Below are positions 26,446 to 39,851 of a stretch of DNA of 64,000 bases, piece after piece; position 1 is the stretch's first letter, and every line of letters begins with the position of its first letter. The stretch is from Gnetum montanum. Its lineage: Eukaryota > Plantae > Gnetophyta. The stretch lies in contig MNCI01000627.1 of NCBI GenBank assembly GCA_015680685.1, positions 205,669 to 269,668 of the forward strand. Direction: 5' to 3'. The notes below the pieces were generated by a model. It had not been told where the DNA came from. It saw only the letters and a program-made list of their open reading frames with translations, and searched no databases. Position numbers and translations under genes: made by a program.

Positions 26446-29342
26446 CTACAATCATTAAGGAATTGGGAATCATTAAAAGGTATTCTCTAATTTTTATAAC
26501 TTCCTTTCTTTCTCATACTTTTAGTTAGATCAATTTCTTAGTTGTTGGGATTGCAAGGTTAGAAAAATTTTGCAAAATGTTGCCTCATAAATGTTAATTT
26601 CCTTATAACCCTTCACAATTGTTCATTTTGTCCTTATATATGGCTCATAATGTTGGTTATGGTTTTTTAAGAACATTATTTAAGTGTTCTAGCTTTAGTA
26701 TGATTGATTTTTCCTTTAAAATTTCAACTTTCACTTCATACTTACCCTTAAAATAACTTCTAGGCATTAGCAAATTTTTGTCCCATGACTACGATGAGCA
26801 CTCGGGGATCAAATAAGTTTCAAAATCATGAAAATCAAGGCGATAACGATCAAGTTATGACTTGGGAAAGCAAGGAGGTCAGAGCTCAAATCAGACAAGA
26901 AAATGTGAAAAATCTTCCTTGGCTCATATGAAAAATAGTGAAAAAAATTTCTAACTATCCACATATATATACATTTTGTATGACCCGATATCAGGACTCG
27001 ACATCGAGGATCTGATATTAGTGCAAACCCGATATTAGAGCCCAAAAATTTGCATTTTTCATAAGGGTTTGATAGGAAAAAATGATGCTTTTGGACATCT
27101 AGAATATTTTAAGGTTACTCTAAGGGTTTGGATGATGGAGATATGCATATTTGTGTCAAAAATTTGTCATTGGAAGTTCATAGAGAAGGAATCTCTAGCT
27201 ATGAATGCTCAAAAGATGGATAAGAAGGGCAACAAATTCATGTTGTGAGAACAAACAGTTTAAATTATATGGAAAGTATTTATTGATGTTTGTTGATGTT
27301 GGAAGGTTTAAGATAATGTGGAATTGCTTAGCATGTATAAGATACAATAGTTATACAAGTGGATCCTCCCCAAAGTAGGCTCCAACCCTTAATGCCCTTG
27401 TATAACCATGCCTAAAGTGTCCTTTGGCACTTAAGGATTTGAATATAACACATACCTATTAGTACCACCAAATTGGGAAAATAACTCTAGGTTACACAAA
27501 ACCACAAGTTGTGACTATTCTTATAGTGAGATGAGATGGGCTTAGAATGGATTGCAAAAATTGGAATGTGAGGTATCTTACCATAGGCATAATGAAGTCT
27601 TGTGTTTTATTAGTGGTTAAAGTAATCACTAGCCTATCTATCCAAGATTCAAACCAAGTCCAGATCACTGTCCAATGACATTACATCATTTCATCACTTG
27701 GAATTACAACTACAAGACTATCAATGTTGCAAGGAGCATTGTCACTTAGCGTATTGTCCAAGGAAGGAGTTTATTCATGGCACTTTGCTTATTTTTATAT
27801 TTTTGAGAAGTTGCCTACCTTTAGGCATGGGTAACATGTCTTTCCAGTGGAACCCCCAAAGATTTATTTTATGCTCTTTTATTTTTATTTGTGTCAACCT
27901 TTCAAGGCAACACTTATTTTACTCTTACTCCCATATTTCGTTAGATTTACAAGGATATAATACAACCTTACCAACATAATAAAACTCACAATAGTAATCC
28001 AAGAGAATCTGCAAATCCCCTTGATGTCACACCCTTCTCATTCCCTCTTGGTTCTTCACTTTATTGTCTAGGCATAATGATCACAAGTTTTTTCTTAGTT
28101 ATATGATAGAAAAGAATATCATTATGGACATAGTAAGAATCCATGGCCTAGGCATCTATGCAATAATAAATAGTATCTATCCATTACTACATCAAGGATC
28201 TCATGAGTCTCTTGTTTCCATCCCTAGATTTGTTTTCTTAAGTTGGACACTCACAAATAAGTTTGATATTTATCATTAAAGTGTTCTAGCATGGTACTTT
28301 AGCATCTAATTGATTCAGGTTTTAGTGATTTGTACCAACTCTATGCCTCCTTCACAAGTATTCTAGAAAATAACTATAACTTTTGCTAGTCACTTTTGAT
28401 ATTTTGTAGGACACACGCATCGTGGAAATCTTGAAGGTGATATTATCTATCAACATTAGAGCCACCTTCAAATCTTGGTGATGAGTGGCAAGGTACCCCT
28501 ACACTCAACCATACGAATACGAGCGTTTCATGCATGATCTGGTCAAACTCCGTAGACGGGTTAGTTATGGTATCTAGATAGTTACTCGTTGATCGTAATT
28601 CGCTATCTTCCCACCTGGACTAGTATTTGCTTTGTCACGTATGGTTTAGTCCAGAGTGAGGTGTATGATGTGTTCCTAAACTAATGCTACTCCTAAAGGT
28701 GATGGAAAATAATCTTAGCTAAGCTAGGAGGGAAAAAGGAGAGAGAGAGCTATACTAAGAGGAGATAGGGAGAGAGAATCTAAGCTAGCCTAAGTGTGAT
28801 GAGCATTTGTTCCTCAATCATCCGTACACATCTTAGACTTCATGCACGACTACCACTGGGATTACCAAGCGCATGGCCTGAGTACACTACTGGAATACCA
28901 AGCAGTCATGCGTAGATGCTCGTGATTAAGTCGTACTCATTTGGCATTTAACAACAATTAAAATTAAGTAATTAAACTAAGTGAATGCTGCAATGATGAA
29001 GTAATCTCGATCTTTATTTCTGGTCATGTGCGTGTCCAAGTACGCCACACTCGAATAAAGGATGTCGTACAATTACAATCATCACACTGTAGGCATGCAC
29101 TGGGAGAAAGGGTTGAGAGGAACTAAGAAATGAACTAACTTCTAAAACTAACTAAAAAACTAACTATCAAAAACTTAAAATACTAACTCCTCTTGTGCGC
29201 CTACATGTGTATTCATACGCTCACATAGGAGTCACGATATCGTGTATCTGATATCGTTATGTGGGCTACGATATCGCATACCCGATATCGTGGATCCAAT
29301 ATCGGGGGTCCGTATCATAGCTTGATGAATCACGATTCATCA

Positions 29343-29356
29343 TACCCCCACGACTG
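29343..29356 (-). promoter_or_regulatory. Polypurine tract adjacent to the 3' LTR
   Basis: CAGTCGTGGGGGTA|TGATGA; same arrangement at 61450-61462. Confidence 0.85.
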
Positions 29357-29549
29357 AATGGAAACTTGTCCTCGAGTTAAAATGAGAACAAGCCCCATTG
29401 ATTACACAGTGGATAGGTATGGGATTATTGACTGAAAGGGAATTTATTCATGTCATAGTGGAGAACTTAATAGAAGAAAATTGGGACACAACACAAGAAA
29501 TGCAAAAATCACAAAATTACAAAATTTTGTGAAACTCATGTAGTTCTAG

Positions 29550-31171
29550 GTGGCAGTGGCTCCTCCATGGGTTACTTCCCTTTGTCTTGTGCTCTAGGTT
29601 TTGGAATTTGATGACATTGAAGTAGTGCCTAGAGCTTTTCTTCTTCTGTTCGGGGATCCTATGCTATCCATGCTAATGCTCCAATGTTTGATGAAGTCAG
29701 CACCTCCCATGAGCACAGTAGTTGCGGGAACATCTTATTTTCTTTGACGTACTAAGCCGCAAATAACCGTCGTTCCTTCTCATAGGCTCTAGCTTTGTCT
29801 CTGTACTCCTAAAAATTTCTAAGCCATCAAGCCAAGTCTGCTGCGACATCTTTTTGTCCTTGGTAGCTTGCTTTAACCACCTCAAGTTTAGAATTTGCAA
29901 CTTCCAGCTTCTGCAACGTTTTCTTGTGCTCTACAAATTCTGCTACATATTTGGTGTAGGTGGCTACTACCTGCCCCTCAAGCTCTATCCTCAAGCACCC
30001 TATTGTCAACATGGCTAGATTGGCATACCGCAAGTTTGCTAATTTCATGTACTCTGTGAGGTCTTGAATCTACAGGTCCCAGCTTTTAAGTTTCGCCTGG
30101 TGGACAAAAGCATATGTGTCCAATATGGCTAGCCAATTAGTGTGTTGAGCACTAAAAGTGTTGATGTGGGCCTTGGCCATATGGATTTCCTTCTCGATGA
30201 TTTGCTTATACATCCCCACTTGGTCTCAAAAATGCTCCTTTAATTTTTTGTGTCTCATAGCCTCATTCTGCCATGCGCTTATTTTGATAATCATCTTCTG
30301 ACGGATTGCATGTATGTCCTCCATTAAGAAGGTTCAATTTTCTCTGGCCAAACGGTTCATATCTTGATTGACCCTAATCAATTATTCTCGTAGCTATTAA
30401 AATTTTTCTTCAAGAACATTCTTCTATTTCTCCATAGCAGTCAATCAAAGATTGCCAACACCGAGCTATTTATTCTCCTCTTGTAAGGCTCTGAGTGCCT
30501 TGGCGTGTGCGTAGGTTTGTGCTTGTAACTTGGAGGCATCCCAATTGGCCTGCTCTTTCTCCTCCACCACTCTCTTATTGTCTGTTAACAATTTGTTGAC
30601 TTGCTCAGTCCTGAAGGTGTCCAGCTAGTCTACGAGAACAAATTGAGAGGGGTCCCGCTATGCAGCTTGTAGGGTTACGAGCTTCTCTTGGAGTTTTGCT
30701 AACTCCAGTTTTGTATGCTCAACCCTGATTTCTACCATGACCAGCTTTCCCTTGGGTACCTTCTTCTTTATTGTGCCAAAATTGGTATGTTTCTCCTAAG
30801 TACCACGCATCACTTTCAGAGAGGATAGGCCATAATGGGGACCTTTGGAGTTGGTCCCTGATGACCTCAGGAGCAAATTCCGTGAAGGGCTTGAAGTTCA
30901 ATTCCATGATCACTGCAGTTGATGTGGACCTTTCAAGGATGACTTAAACACACTTCGAGACCAACGTGAGGTGTTGTCCCTGTTCAGGCATTGCAGCAGC
31001 TCCACCTTCTGCCTATCCTGATTGTACAGTAGCAGGAGTCTCTTGATGGATACTGAAGGATTGCACCTCCTGCTCTGTATGTTGTTCGGCAAACACCTGT
31101 ACTCTACCTCTACTAGGTCACTTAGATGCACCTTGAGATGGACCTTCTTGTTGTTCACACTTTGGGGCCAT
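29550..31171 (-). pseudogene. ORF2/env-like remnant with an internal deletion
   Basis: MAPKCEQQEG... to WHNKEEGT, then a jump (~30755) into the coiled-coil part; in-frame stops. Confidence 0.65.
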
Positions 31172-33099
31172 CTACAATCACACGGGGCCAATCATTAGTA
31201 AGGTTGCTTACCAAAGTTAAGTTATACCTTACTTCTTGCCTTAATGATTTTGTTTTTTGTTCCATGTGATTTAAAGTTAGAAATTTTATGGAAATGTCCC
31301 CAAAAGGTTTTAATATTTGGCCCAATTTGCTTAGGTGGTTTCAAAGTTTAATTTCCTGGTATAGATAAGGAAATGAAATTATTTTTGGCACATATTTATT
31401 ATTTTTATAACTAATTACCCTTGATAATGTCCTTTGGCAATGACGAATTTCCAAAAATTTATATGCAATTCAGCATGTACCCTTCCCCCACGACTAAGAT
31501 GAACACTCCGGGTTCAAGTAGGTTCAGACAGAATGAAAATAGGAGCACTAGCAAGCGAGTTATGGTTATCAGAATAAGAGATGCACAATCACAAGTCGTA
31601 GAAGAAAATTTCAAAAACTCCCCCACGTAAACAGTTGCAAATGATGTTGACATTCATGGGGAGCCCATATATATAGATTTTAAGGACACGATATCACGTA
31701 CCTACTAGCAGGGACCCGATATCATGTTCGACCCAATATCGGGTCCTATCAGAAATAGGTACTTAGAAAAATCTATAAATTTTTGAAACTCCAAGGTATA
31801 AACTGAGGACTTTAGATCAATGTAAAGGGTCCAGGGTAATATAAACTAGTGCTGAAGGCACAGAAACTATAATGGTGTAAAGTCTGACAATGAAAGTCAT
31901 GAAGAGGATGAGAAAAAAGAACATGTGTTGGCTCATAGGAACGTTTGAACCGGAAGGATGATAAGGGAAAGAAGAACGTTGTTAATACTTGGAGGGTATT
32001 AGATGATGTGTGGGAGATGTGTTACAAGTGAAAATTACAAGGGTTACGCAAGTGGGTCCTGCCCAAAGCAAGTTCCAACCTATAATGCCCTTGCGTAACC
32101 TCACCTTAAAATGTCTGTAGGCAGAAAAAGAGTGAAATGTAATCCACACTAATTCCACAAAACACACATATGTAAATATCACCATGATGAGATATGAATT
32201 CCCATGCCACCCATGACACAAGTCACAAATACATGAATAGCGAGATGAGGTAAATTATAGAAGGGATTGCAGAGATTGGGACATGAGGTAACTAACTCAA
32301 GGCACAATGAATCCTCAATGTAAGGCATGATTAATGTGTCATTATCCTATCGCTCAAAAATCAGGACCAGTCCATTCCTCTAATCAGTGACATTGCATTA
32401 TTTCATCCCATGATGGACAACCATAAGAGCACCATGACAGCAAGGCATACGATCACTTGGCATTTCATTTAAGGGAGGAGTGATTTTGCTTTGTGGCACT
32501 CGTTTCTCCTTTTTCTTTTCTTTTTTTTTTGAAGTATTGCCTAATTCAGAGAAGCCACCTACCTTCAAACATGGGTGCATGTCTTTCCAATGGGACCCCC
32601 TAGAATAGCATTATTTTTTTCTGGTTGAGTGCCTTTTGATTACTCTTACTCCCATTTTTCGTTAGATCTACAAGGATCTTAGTACAACCAAGCTGCATGA
32701 TAACTCCTATAGATGTCACCAAAGAGAATTCACAAATTCCCTTTATTTCACACCCTGGTCATTTCCTCTTGGTCCATCTTTCTTTGCTCTGGGCATAATG
32801 AACACAAGGTTACTTTAAGTTTTAATGATTAGTAATATCATTGTTCCCAAGGTAGGACCTCTTATTAATAGAATGGGTGGGTGGATGTTATGAGTTCATT
32901 GTTCAAATAATTAGTTACCCGAGACTTGATAGCATAGAACAACACCTCAACCAACAAGTCACATGAGTGTTTTATTCGTAGATGAGATTACTTATAAAAA
33001 GATAAAAAGACAAAACAATAAATTGAAAGATGAAAAACTGGAAAACAAAAAATTGTAAAATTAAAGAAAATGAAAAATATTTATTAATCCTTCTTGTTA

Positions 33100-34900
33100 T
33101 TAGAATGGGAGGTATCCCCCATAACTGAATGGTTGAGTATGGCTAGGATTAATAAATGAAAGGTTGGGGTCCTTGCATGTTGGAAATCTTGGAACTTTGT
33201 TGTATCCAAACCATTGTGTGTCTTTTGATGTGGTGGTCGAAACGTACCCTGAGTGAGGTTCACACACTTGATTATGGTAAGCATAGTGGGGAAATTTTTA
33301 TAAGATGTAGTCAATTGATGAGTGGTTGACCCACTATGGCACCCATGATCGTAAGATGGTATGCAAGGATCGATATGTCTCCCTTCGTGGTGATATTCAT
33401 TGAGTCATATGGTTGTTGGAGTATTGCTTGGTGGCTCAGATAAAGTAACATAAGGCACTAAGTTTGAGGAGAAGGATGCACCATAGTGTTGGACTTGTGT
33501 TGAGTTGGAGGATGCAGTGGGCTTAGAGTTGTGCTGTCCCTTCTTACAGTCATGTCTAAAGAAGGGACACCTTCGATGTTGTAGAGGATTCCCACTACTA
33601 TTGACACTAGAAGCACAAGTAACGTTCGTGGGTTAATGTTGTGGTGCAAAACCTTCTGGAACACTTGGTGGCGATGTAGAAGGAGGTAAAAGATGAGAAT
33701 GTTGGAATTGAAGAGAAGTATAAGGTACCCAAGGTGGTGGTCTTGTTGGAGAGGATATGAGTTAATAGTATTGAGGAGAATGATAATAATGTGGTGAGAT
33801 AGAGGATGTTGACCCGGTTGGGGAAACAGGATGTTGGACTTGATAAGCACTTAGGTTTGGATGGTATGAAGGATATAACCAGTTTGAGAGTGGCGTCCCC
33901 CATGACTGGGATTGTTGCCATTGTGATCGAACACGGTATCTCTATACGAACTCTGGATGTAACACTCTTTCCCAATGCTCCTGTAAATGTGACAAGATTG
34001 GGCATTGGCCCTTGGGGTGATTATATAGGCAAATGTTGCATTGATGCGTATAATTGGCAATTGAGCTCTTATTTTTTTCAACCCTTCTTTCTAATTGTCT
34101 AAGGGTATTTTTCCTTGCTTCTTGGTTCCTCATGACTCTACCTCCAATAATGTTGGCATATTCTTCGCATTTTTTATGCATCCATTCCATCATCTTATTG
34201 ATCTTTGCCTCAATTTTGTTCAATAATTGTAGTGTTGGCAAAGATGGTTCCACCTCCTTGAGGTGAGTTTATTTCTCCTATTCATTATCATGGGCCCTTG
34301 TTGACTTAGGGTTTTGGGCCTGTTGAGATTTTTCAACATTTTCCCATTTAGCCATTTCTCCTTCTTCTTTTGCTACCTGCTTGATAAGCTCTTGGAATTG
34401 ATGGGTTCGTAGCTCATATAGTTGACCTCAAACATACATCCCTAGGTTTTCCCTTGTTTCATTACAGAGCCCATCAATAATGTGGTACATTAGCCTTTCC
34501 TCAGAGAACNNNNNNNNNNNNNNNNNNNNNNNNNNNNNNNNNNNNNNNNNNNNNNNNNNNNNNNNNNNNNNNNNNNNNNNNNNNNNNNNNNNNNNNNNNN
34601 NNNNNNNNNNNNNNNNNNNNNNNNNNNNNNNNNNNNNNNNNNNNNNNNNNNNNNNNNNNNNNNNNNNNNNNNNNNNNNNNNNNNNNNNNNNNNNNNNNNN
34701 NNNNNNNNNNNNNNNNNNNNNNNNNNNNNTTTATATTCATAGGAAACCCCTACATCAGATTGGGTACTCCAAACTTCATCTTCATCATTATATAATTCGT
34801 TGATTCATGAATTGCCTTACTAGTTGTTGCGTTATCATAGTCTTGTGAGAGAGACATGGTTGTAACTTTGTGTGTGATTTAATACTTTGTTACAGCAATC
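33100..34900 (-). pseudogene. gag remnant
   Basis: Homologous to 21600-23190 and 62546-63700 (HIIDGL..ETR..LG.Y..GQLYELR; CLYNHPKGQCPI); spans an N gap. Confidence 0.75.
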
Positions 34901-34935
34901 TTGTATGATGTAACTAATCTAAGTAACTAACACCA

Positions 34936-34953
34936 TCCCCAACAACAGTGCCA
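34936..34953 (-). promoter_or_regulatory. Primer-binding site, tRNA-Asp type
   Basis: TGGCACTGTTGTTGGGGA, 1 nt from the LTR end; differs from the Athila consensus TGGCGCCGTTGCCGGGGA only by transitions. Confidence 0.85.
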
Positions 34954-36833
34954 ATGATGAGTGGTGAGGTACCCCTACACTCAACCATGCAAATATGAGC
35001 GTTTCATGCACAATCTGGTCAAACTCCGCAAACGGGCTAGTTGTGGTATCTAGATAGTTACTCGTTGATCGCAGTTTGCTATCTTCCCACCTCGACTAGT
35101 ATTTGCTTTATCACATATGATTTAGTCCAAAGTGAGGTGTATGATGTGTTCCTAAACTAATGCTACTCCTAGAGGCGATGGAAAATAATCTTAGCTAAGC
35201 TAGGAGGAAAAAGGGAGAGAGAGAGCTATACTAAGAGGAGATAGGGAGAGAGAATCTAAGCTAGCCTAAGTGCGATGAGCATCCGTTCCTTAATCATCCG
35301 TACACATCTTAGGCCTCGTGCACAACTACCACTGGGATTACCAAGAGCATGGCTCGAGTATGCTACTGGGATACCAAGCAGTCACGCATAGATGCTCATG
35401 ATTAAGTTGTACTCATTCCACATTTAATAACAATTAAAATTAAGTAATTAAACTAAGTGAATGTTGCAATGATGAAGTAATCTCGATCTTTATTTCTGGT
35501 CATGTGCGTGTCCAAGTACGCCACACTCGAATAAAGGATGTCGTACAATTACAATCATCACACTGTAGGCATGCACTGGGAGAAAGGGTTGAGAGGAACT
35601 AAGAAATGAACTAACTTCTAAAACTAACTGAAAAACTAACTATCAAAAACTTAAAAGACTGACTCCTCTTGTGCGCCTACATGTGTATTTATAGGCTCAC
35701 ATAGGAGTCACGATATCGTGTATCTGATATCATTATGTGGGCTGCGATATCACGTACCCAATATCGTGGATCTGATATCGGGGGTCTAATATCGCAACCT
35801 GATGAATCATGATTCATCACTTGGCATGTTGTTCATATCGAGTTGTTTGATTCATCTATCCCTCACATGCCTAGTTGGAATGTGAATAGCTTCCTGTATG
35901 TTAATCATGCTATGAGTTGCCGTCAAGGGTTCATCATCTTGATTGGGTTCGTGCACTCAATTGTAGTAGTATCTCCTTTTGAATTCATCTCTTTCATGAT
36001 TTTTGCAATCCCTACATCTACGTTGCTCATACTATTCATCTTCCAAAGTAGAATGCCCTAAGTAACAATCATCGCAATCATGAGTTCTCCTCTCTTCCTT
36101 GTCATGGTCCTTCTACTTTTGCCTCCTTTTGTCAAAATCCTCTAATGATCATGAGGATTCAAATGAGGCAATAGGAACTCTTGGCCTTAAGTGTTGCTTG
36201 TCTTTTGCCTCTTACTTAAGTATCTCTACTAATTCAAAGTATCATTTATTCCTAACAAGTTCCTCCAGTTGAATGATAAGTTGTTTGGCAATGAACACAT
36301 CTCCATCAAGCTCCTCAAAGACAACAATAGAGTTGACTATCTTTCCCTTGTCTTGTTCATGTCTTGCTTCCATGACATGGTGTTTCCTAAACTACTGATT
36401 AGTAGGTTCATATGGTCAAGTCACATATTTGGTTTCATGATAACCTCTAAGTACTTAACTTAGTTTCATCCCCTTGAGAGCAGTTTGGAGCATAATGCGT
36501 GCTAAATGTTTTAGTGGTAGAACAACTTTTCTTTGGAAATCTCTCCACTTGAGTTGCGTGTCCCGATGAAAGATGAATGTGAAATTGGAACAGTAAGAAT
36601 TAGGATGAGCATATGAGATCCTTGTCTGCATTAGCATACTCCAGTCTTCTTCTTTGATTTTGTCACTACCTATCCATAGTTTCTTAGCAAGTGATGTTGT
36701 ATTCTTATTTGAAGTCATATTATATTTTAAGACATTTGTTTTAAGTGTGCTTTTGTTAGAATTATGAAGTTTGAATTTGTGTCCCAAGTAGAATAAACTT
36801 TATGAAATGAGTTACTAAGCATACATTGACTTG

Positions 36834-36851
36834 TCCCCAGCAATGGTACCA
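36834..36851 (-). promoter_or_regulatory. Primer-binding site, tRNA-Asp type
   Basis: TGGTACCATTGCTGGGGA next to the LTR 36853-37733. Confidence 0.8.
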
Positions 36852-39789
36852 ATGATGAGCGGTGGAGTAATCCAACACCCAATCATAAAAGATACAAGTG
36901 TTCACACATAGCCCAATCATAATGTATGAACGAGGCAATGTCATTATGTTAGTAATTGGTTAAAGTTCAAGATCGTTGTCTTCCCATGTGGAGCCAGTAT
37001 AATCTATGTGTATGGTTTAGCTCTCAGTGAGGTGTATGATATATTGATGTTGGTGGGCCATATCTCCTAGCTATGATGGTAAAGTGTGAAAATAAGTCTA
37101 AGTCTAAAAAAAATGGTAAATACTGTTCTAGCCTATGGCAATGAGCATCCAAATCTAATCTTCGGTTCACACATTGGGCTTTGTGTAACTACAATTAGGA
37201 TACCAAGTGTACCGCTAGTGGGCATACCAAGAGATAGCACTATTGGATTACCAAGCAGTCACACTTAAGTGCAAGAGATTAGTCGTATTCATTTTGCTTA
37301 AAAATAGTAATGGTAAAGTGCATGGAAAAGTAAACCATTAACTAAGAGACAATAAGAAAATTATTCTAAGTGTAAACAATAAACATTATGCCAAGTAAAC
37401 AGTAAATCTAGGAGAATGCTGCAATAGTAAGAAATAGCTCAATCCTTATTTCCGATCACCCTTGTGCCCAAGTACAAAATGCTCAAATAAAAATGTTTTT
37501 CACTAGTTCACACTACACTACAGGCATTCACACTTCTAATCACCAAGTCTAAGTTCACAAAAACAAACTAAAAGTATTTCAATAAGGGTGTATTGAATTT
37601 GTTGTTGGACCATGTGCCTAAGTGTCATATTTATAGGCAAGCACGTGTGGCACGATATCAAATATCCGATGTCATATCATAGGCTCCAATATTGGATGCC
37701 CGATATTGTAGCTGACAAAAAGTGATCTCATCACTAGGTTAGCTGATTAGTTATATAATTAATTGTTAAACTTTCATTCACTTATCTAGCCATTAGGATA
37801 AAAATACATTAAAAATAGTTATAAATATATATAAAATAATACATCATGCACCTTAACCATATATCCTAATAACACACAAATGTGAGTTAGGAAGACAACT
37901 ATCTTACAACTACACGATTCACTCTTTAGGACTATTGGCAAACTTAGGAGACTAAGTCCACGAAATTCGACACAATCGCTGATGAACACTTGTGATTTGT
38001 ATAGTTGGGCATAGGGAATACCCATCGCTCACCATTTTTGTTTAGTTTTATAGAATTTTTTACTTATTAAAATAGAAAATAAAGATTTTCTTATGTCCAT
38101 AGATCAAAAATGATCTATTGGATAGAAAGTACACTCATCTCATGGAAAGTAAAAATAAATTTAACAAGTGGCTAAGTATCACTTGATGTAACAAAAATAA
38201 GTCACACAAACTTTTTGCTACAATATTATATTTTTGGCAAAGATGATCAATTAAAAGATAAATAAGAAAGTGGACATTAATCTTTCTTCTTGAGAGGTCA
38301 TTTCGTTTCATTAAGTATGCTTTTACAAACATGCTTTGTTAGCATCACTTAATATCAAAATTATCCATTAAAGATGGCTCTCATCAAAGTTAAGTACTGG
38401 AATAAGATTCCTATGAGCCTCCTACCTTTGAAATTTAAACCTTCAACTTTGCCTAGAGTATTCATGACAGGTGATGCCAAAGGTTGTGTTTAGTTTTCTG
38501 CTTAGTGATTAGCTTATTATATGATACACATTTATATACTTGAGGTTACTAGTTCAAGTCACACTTACATCATTATATTTTTTATAAGTTTTTCTAAAGT
38601 ATCACATTAGAGGAGCATCAAACCCCAAAAAAATAAATAATAATATTAAAAATATTTCAAAGTACATGATCAGATCATCAAAGATAGAGGCTAAAGAAAA
38701 AACCCAATAGTTTTAGTGATGTCTTTTCATGTTTTCATCCTTGCAACCAATCATAAAAACACCTCCTCTTTGGGGTAGGAAAAAGATCAAACCCTACCCT
38801 TATTCAGAAATATTCTCATGGGTTTTCACCTCTTACTAAAGGGTTTCTTGTAAAGAAAGGGAGAAAACTCTTTCAAAAAAAAAAAGGAATACATCAATAA
38901 AAAAAAAAGTACAAATTGCAACAAAAGGTGAAAGCTTCCCATCCTTAGCCTCTAAAACAAAAAGAAATTAATACTATAAAAAAATTAATTGTTTAACCTT
39001 TTGCTTAAAGTTGTAGCTTAAAAGTGACGTTTAGGAATCTAGTATTTGATACCTAAAGAGAGATCATAGTTATGCTCTTATTATTGGAAAATAACTATAC
39101 ACTGAAACTTCTAAATAGAGGAGAGAATAAGGAGTTGAATACAATTCTAAATACAAAAAAATGAAGTAAACAAAATAGGTTGATCACTAAACATGACTTC
39201 ATTAATGCTTGGTTGAAAATTGTTACAAATTCTAAATGTCCAATTTTAAGCATGGCTAAAAGTAGAATAAACAAAACATGAAAAAATAAATCTTCACTTT
39301 TATACAAAAAACATTGAGAAGAAACATTTCTCATATGTTTAAGATGAGGGTCAATAAAAAAAAACCTTGATGAATAAAACACCATTAAAAAATACAAATT
39401 TTAGAAAATGTAATAGCTCTCCAAAGTATCACATTGGCTCTATTTCAGATTGTACATAAAGTTAAATTTTTCTAATAATGAATAAGCTTACCAATTAAAC
39501 TACTAATTAACTAAAAATTAAACTCATGACCTCATAACTAACAAGCTCATAACCAACTCAACACCTCCCAAAATCCAATTTCTTTCTCTTTAGAACTTTA
39601 CATTACTAACATATATTATGAAATTATACAAAGGTTTGAACCCTTGAATCTATACAAATTTTCTTTTGCAATGATTCTTTTGGTAATTATAATCAAAACC
39701 AACAACCATCAATGCCCATTAGAATCAAACCACTAACTAAGGATTTCTAATGAACTTAAAATAAATTAAGAATCACTACCCAAAGGCTC

Positions 39790-39851
39790 AATACTCATCT
39801 CAACAAGGCTGATGATCCTAATACTCATCTCAACAAGGCTGATGATCCTAA
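39790..39851. repeat. Perfect 31-bp tandem duplication
   Basis: AATACTCATCTCAACAAGGCTGATGATCCT occurs twice. Confidence 0.9.

Larger units (their letters stand above)
28479..35819 (-). mobile_element. Structurally complete non-autonomous Athila-like LTR retrotransposon (LTR-PBS-gag-spacer-ORF2-PPT-LTR, no pol), TSD CTTGG
   Basis: 3' LTR 28479-29342 and 5' LTR 34955-35819 (roughly 90-95% identical by eye, mostly transitions); CTTGG at 28474-28478 and 35820-35824. Confidence 0.95.
24354..37733 (-). mobile_element. Older Athila-like host element, family C (5' LTR 36853-37733, gag remnant 35825-36700, ORF2 24354-26445), interrupted by 28479-35819
   Basis: LTR termini TGATGAG/CTCATCA; PBS at 36834-36851; spacer and ORF2 homologous to family B; 3' end not present. 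Confidence 0.8.
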
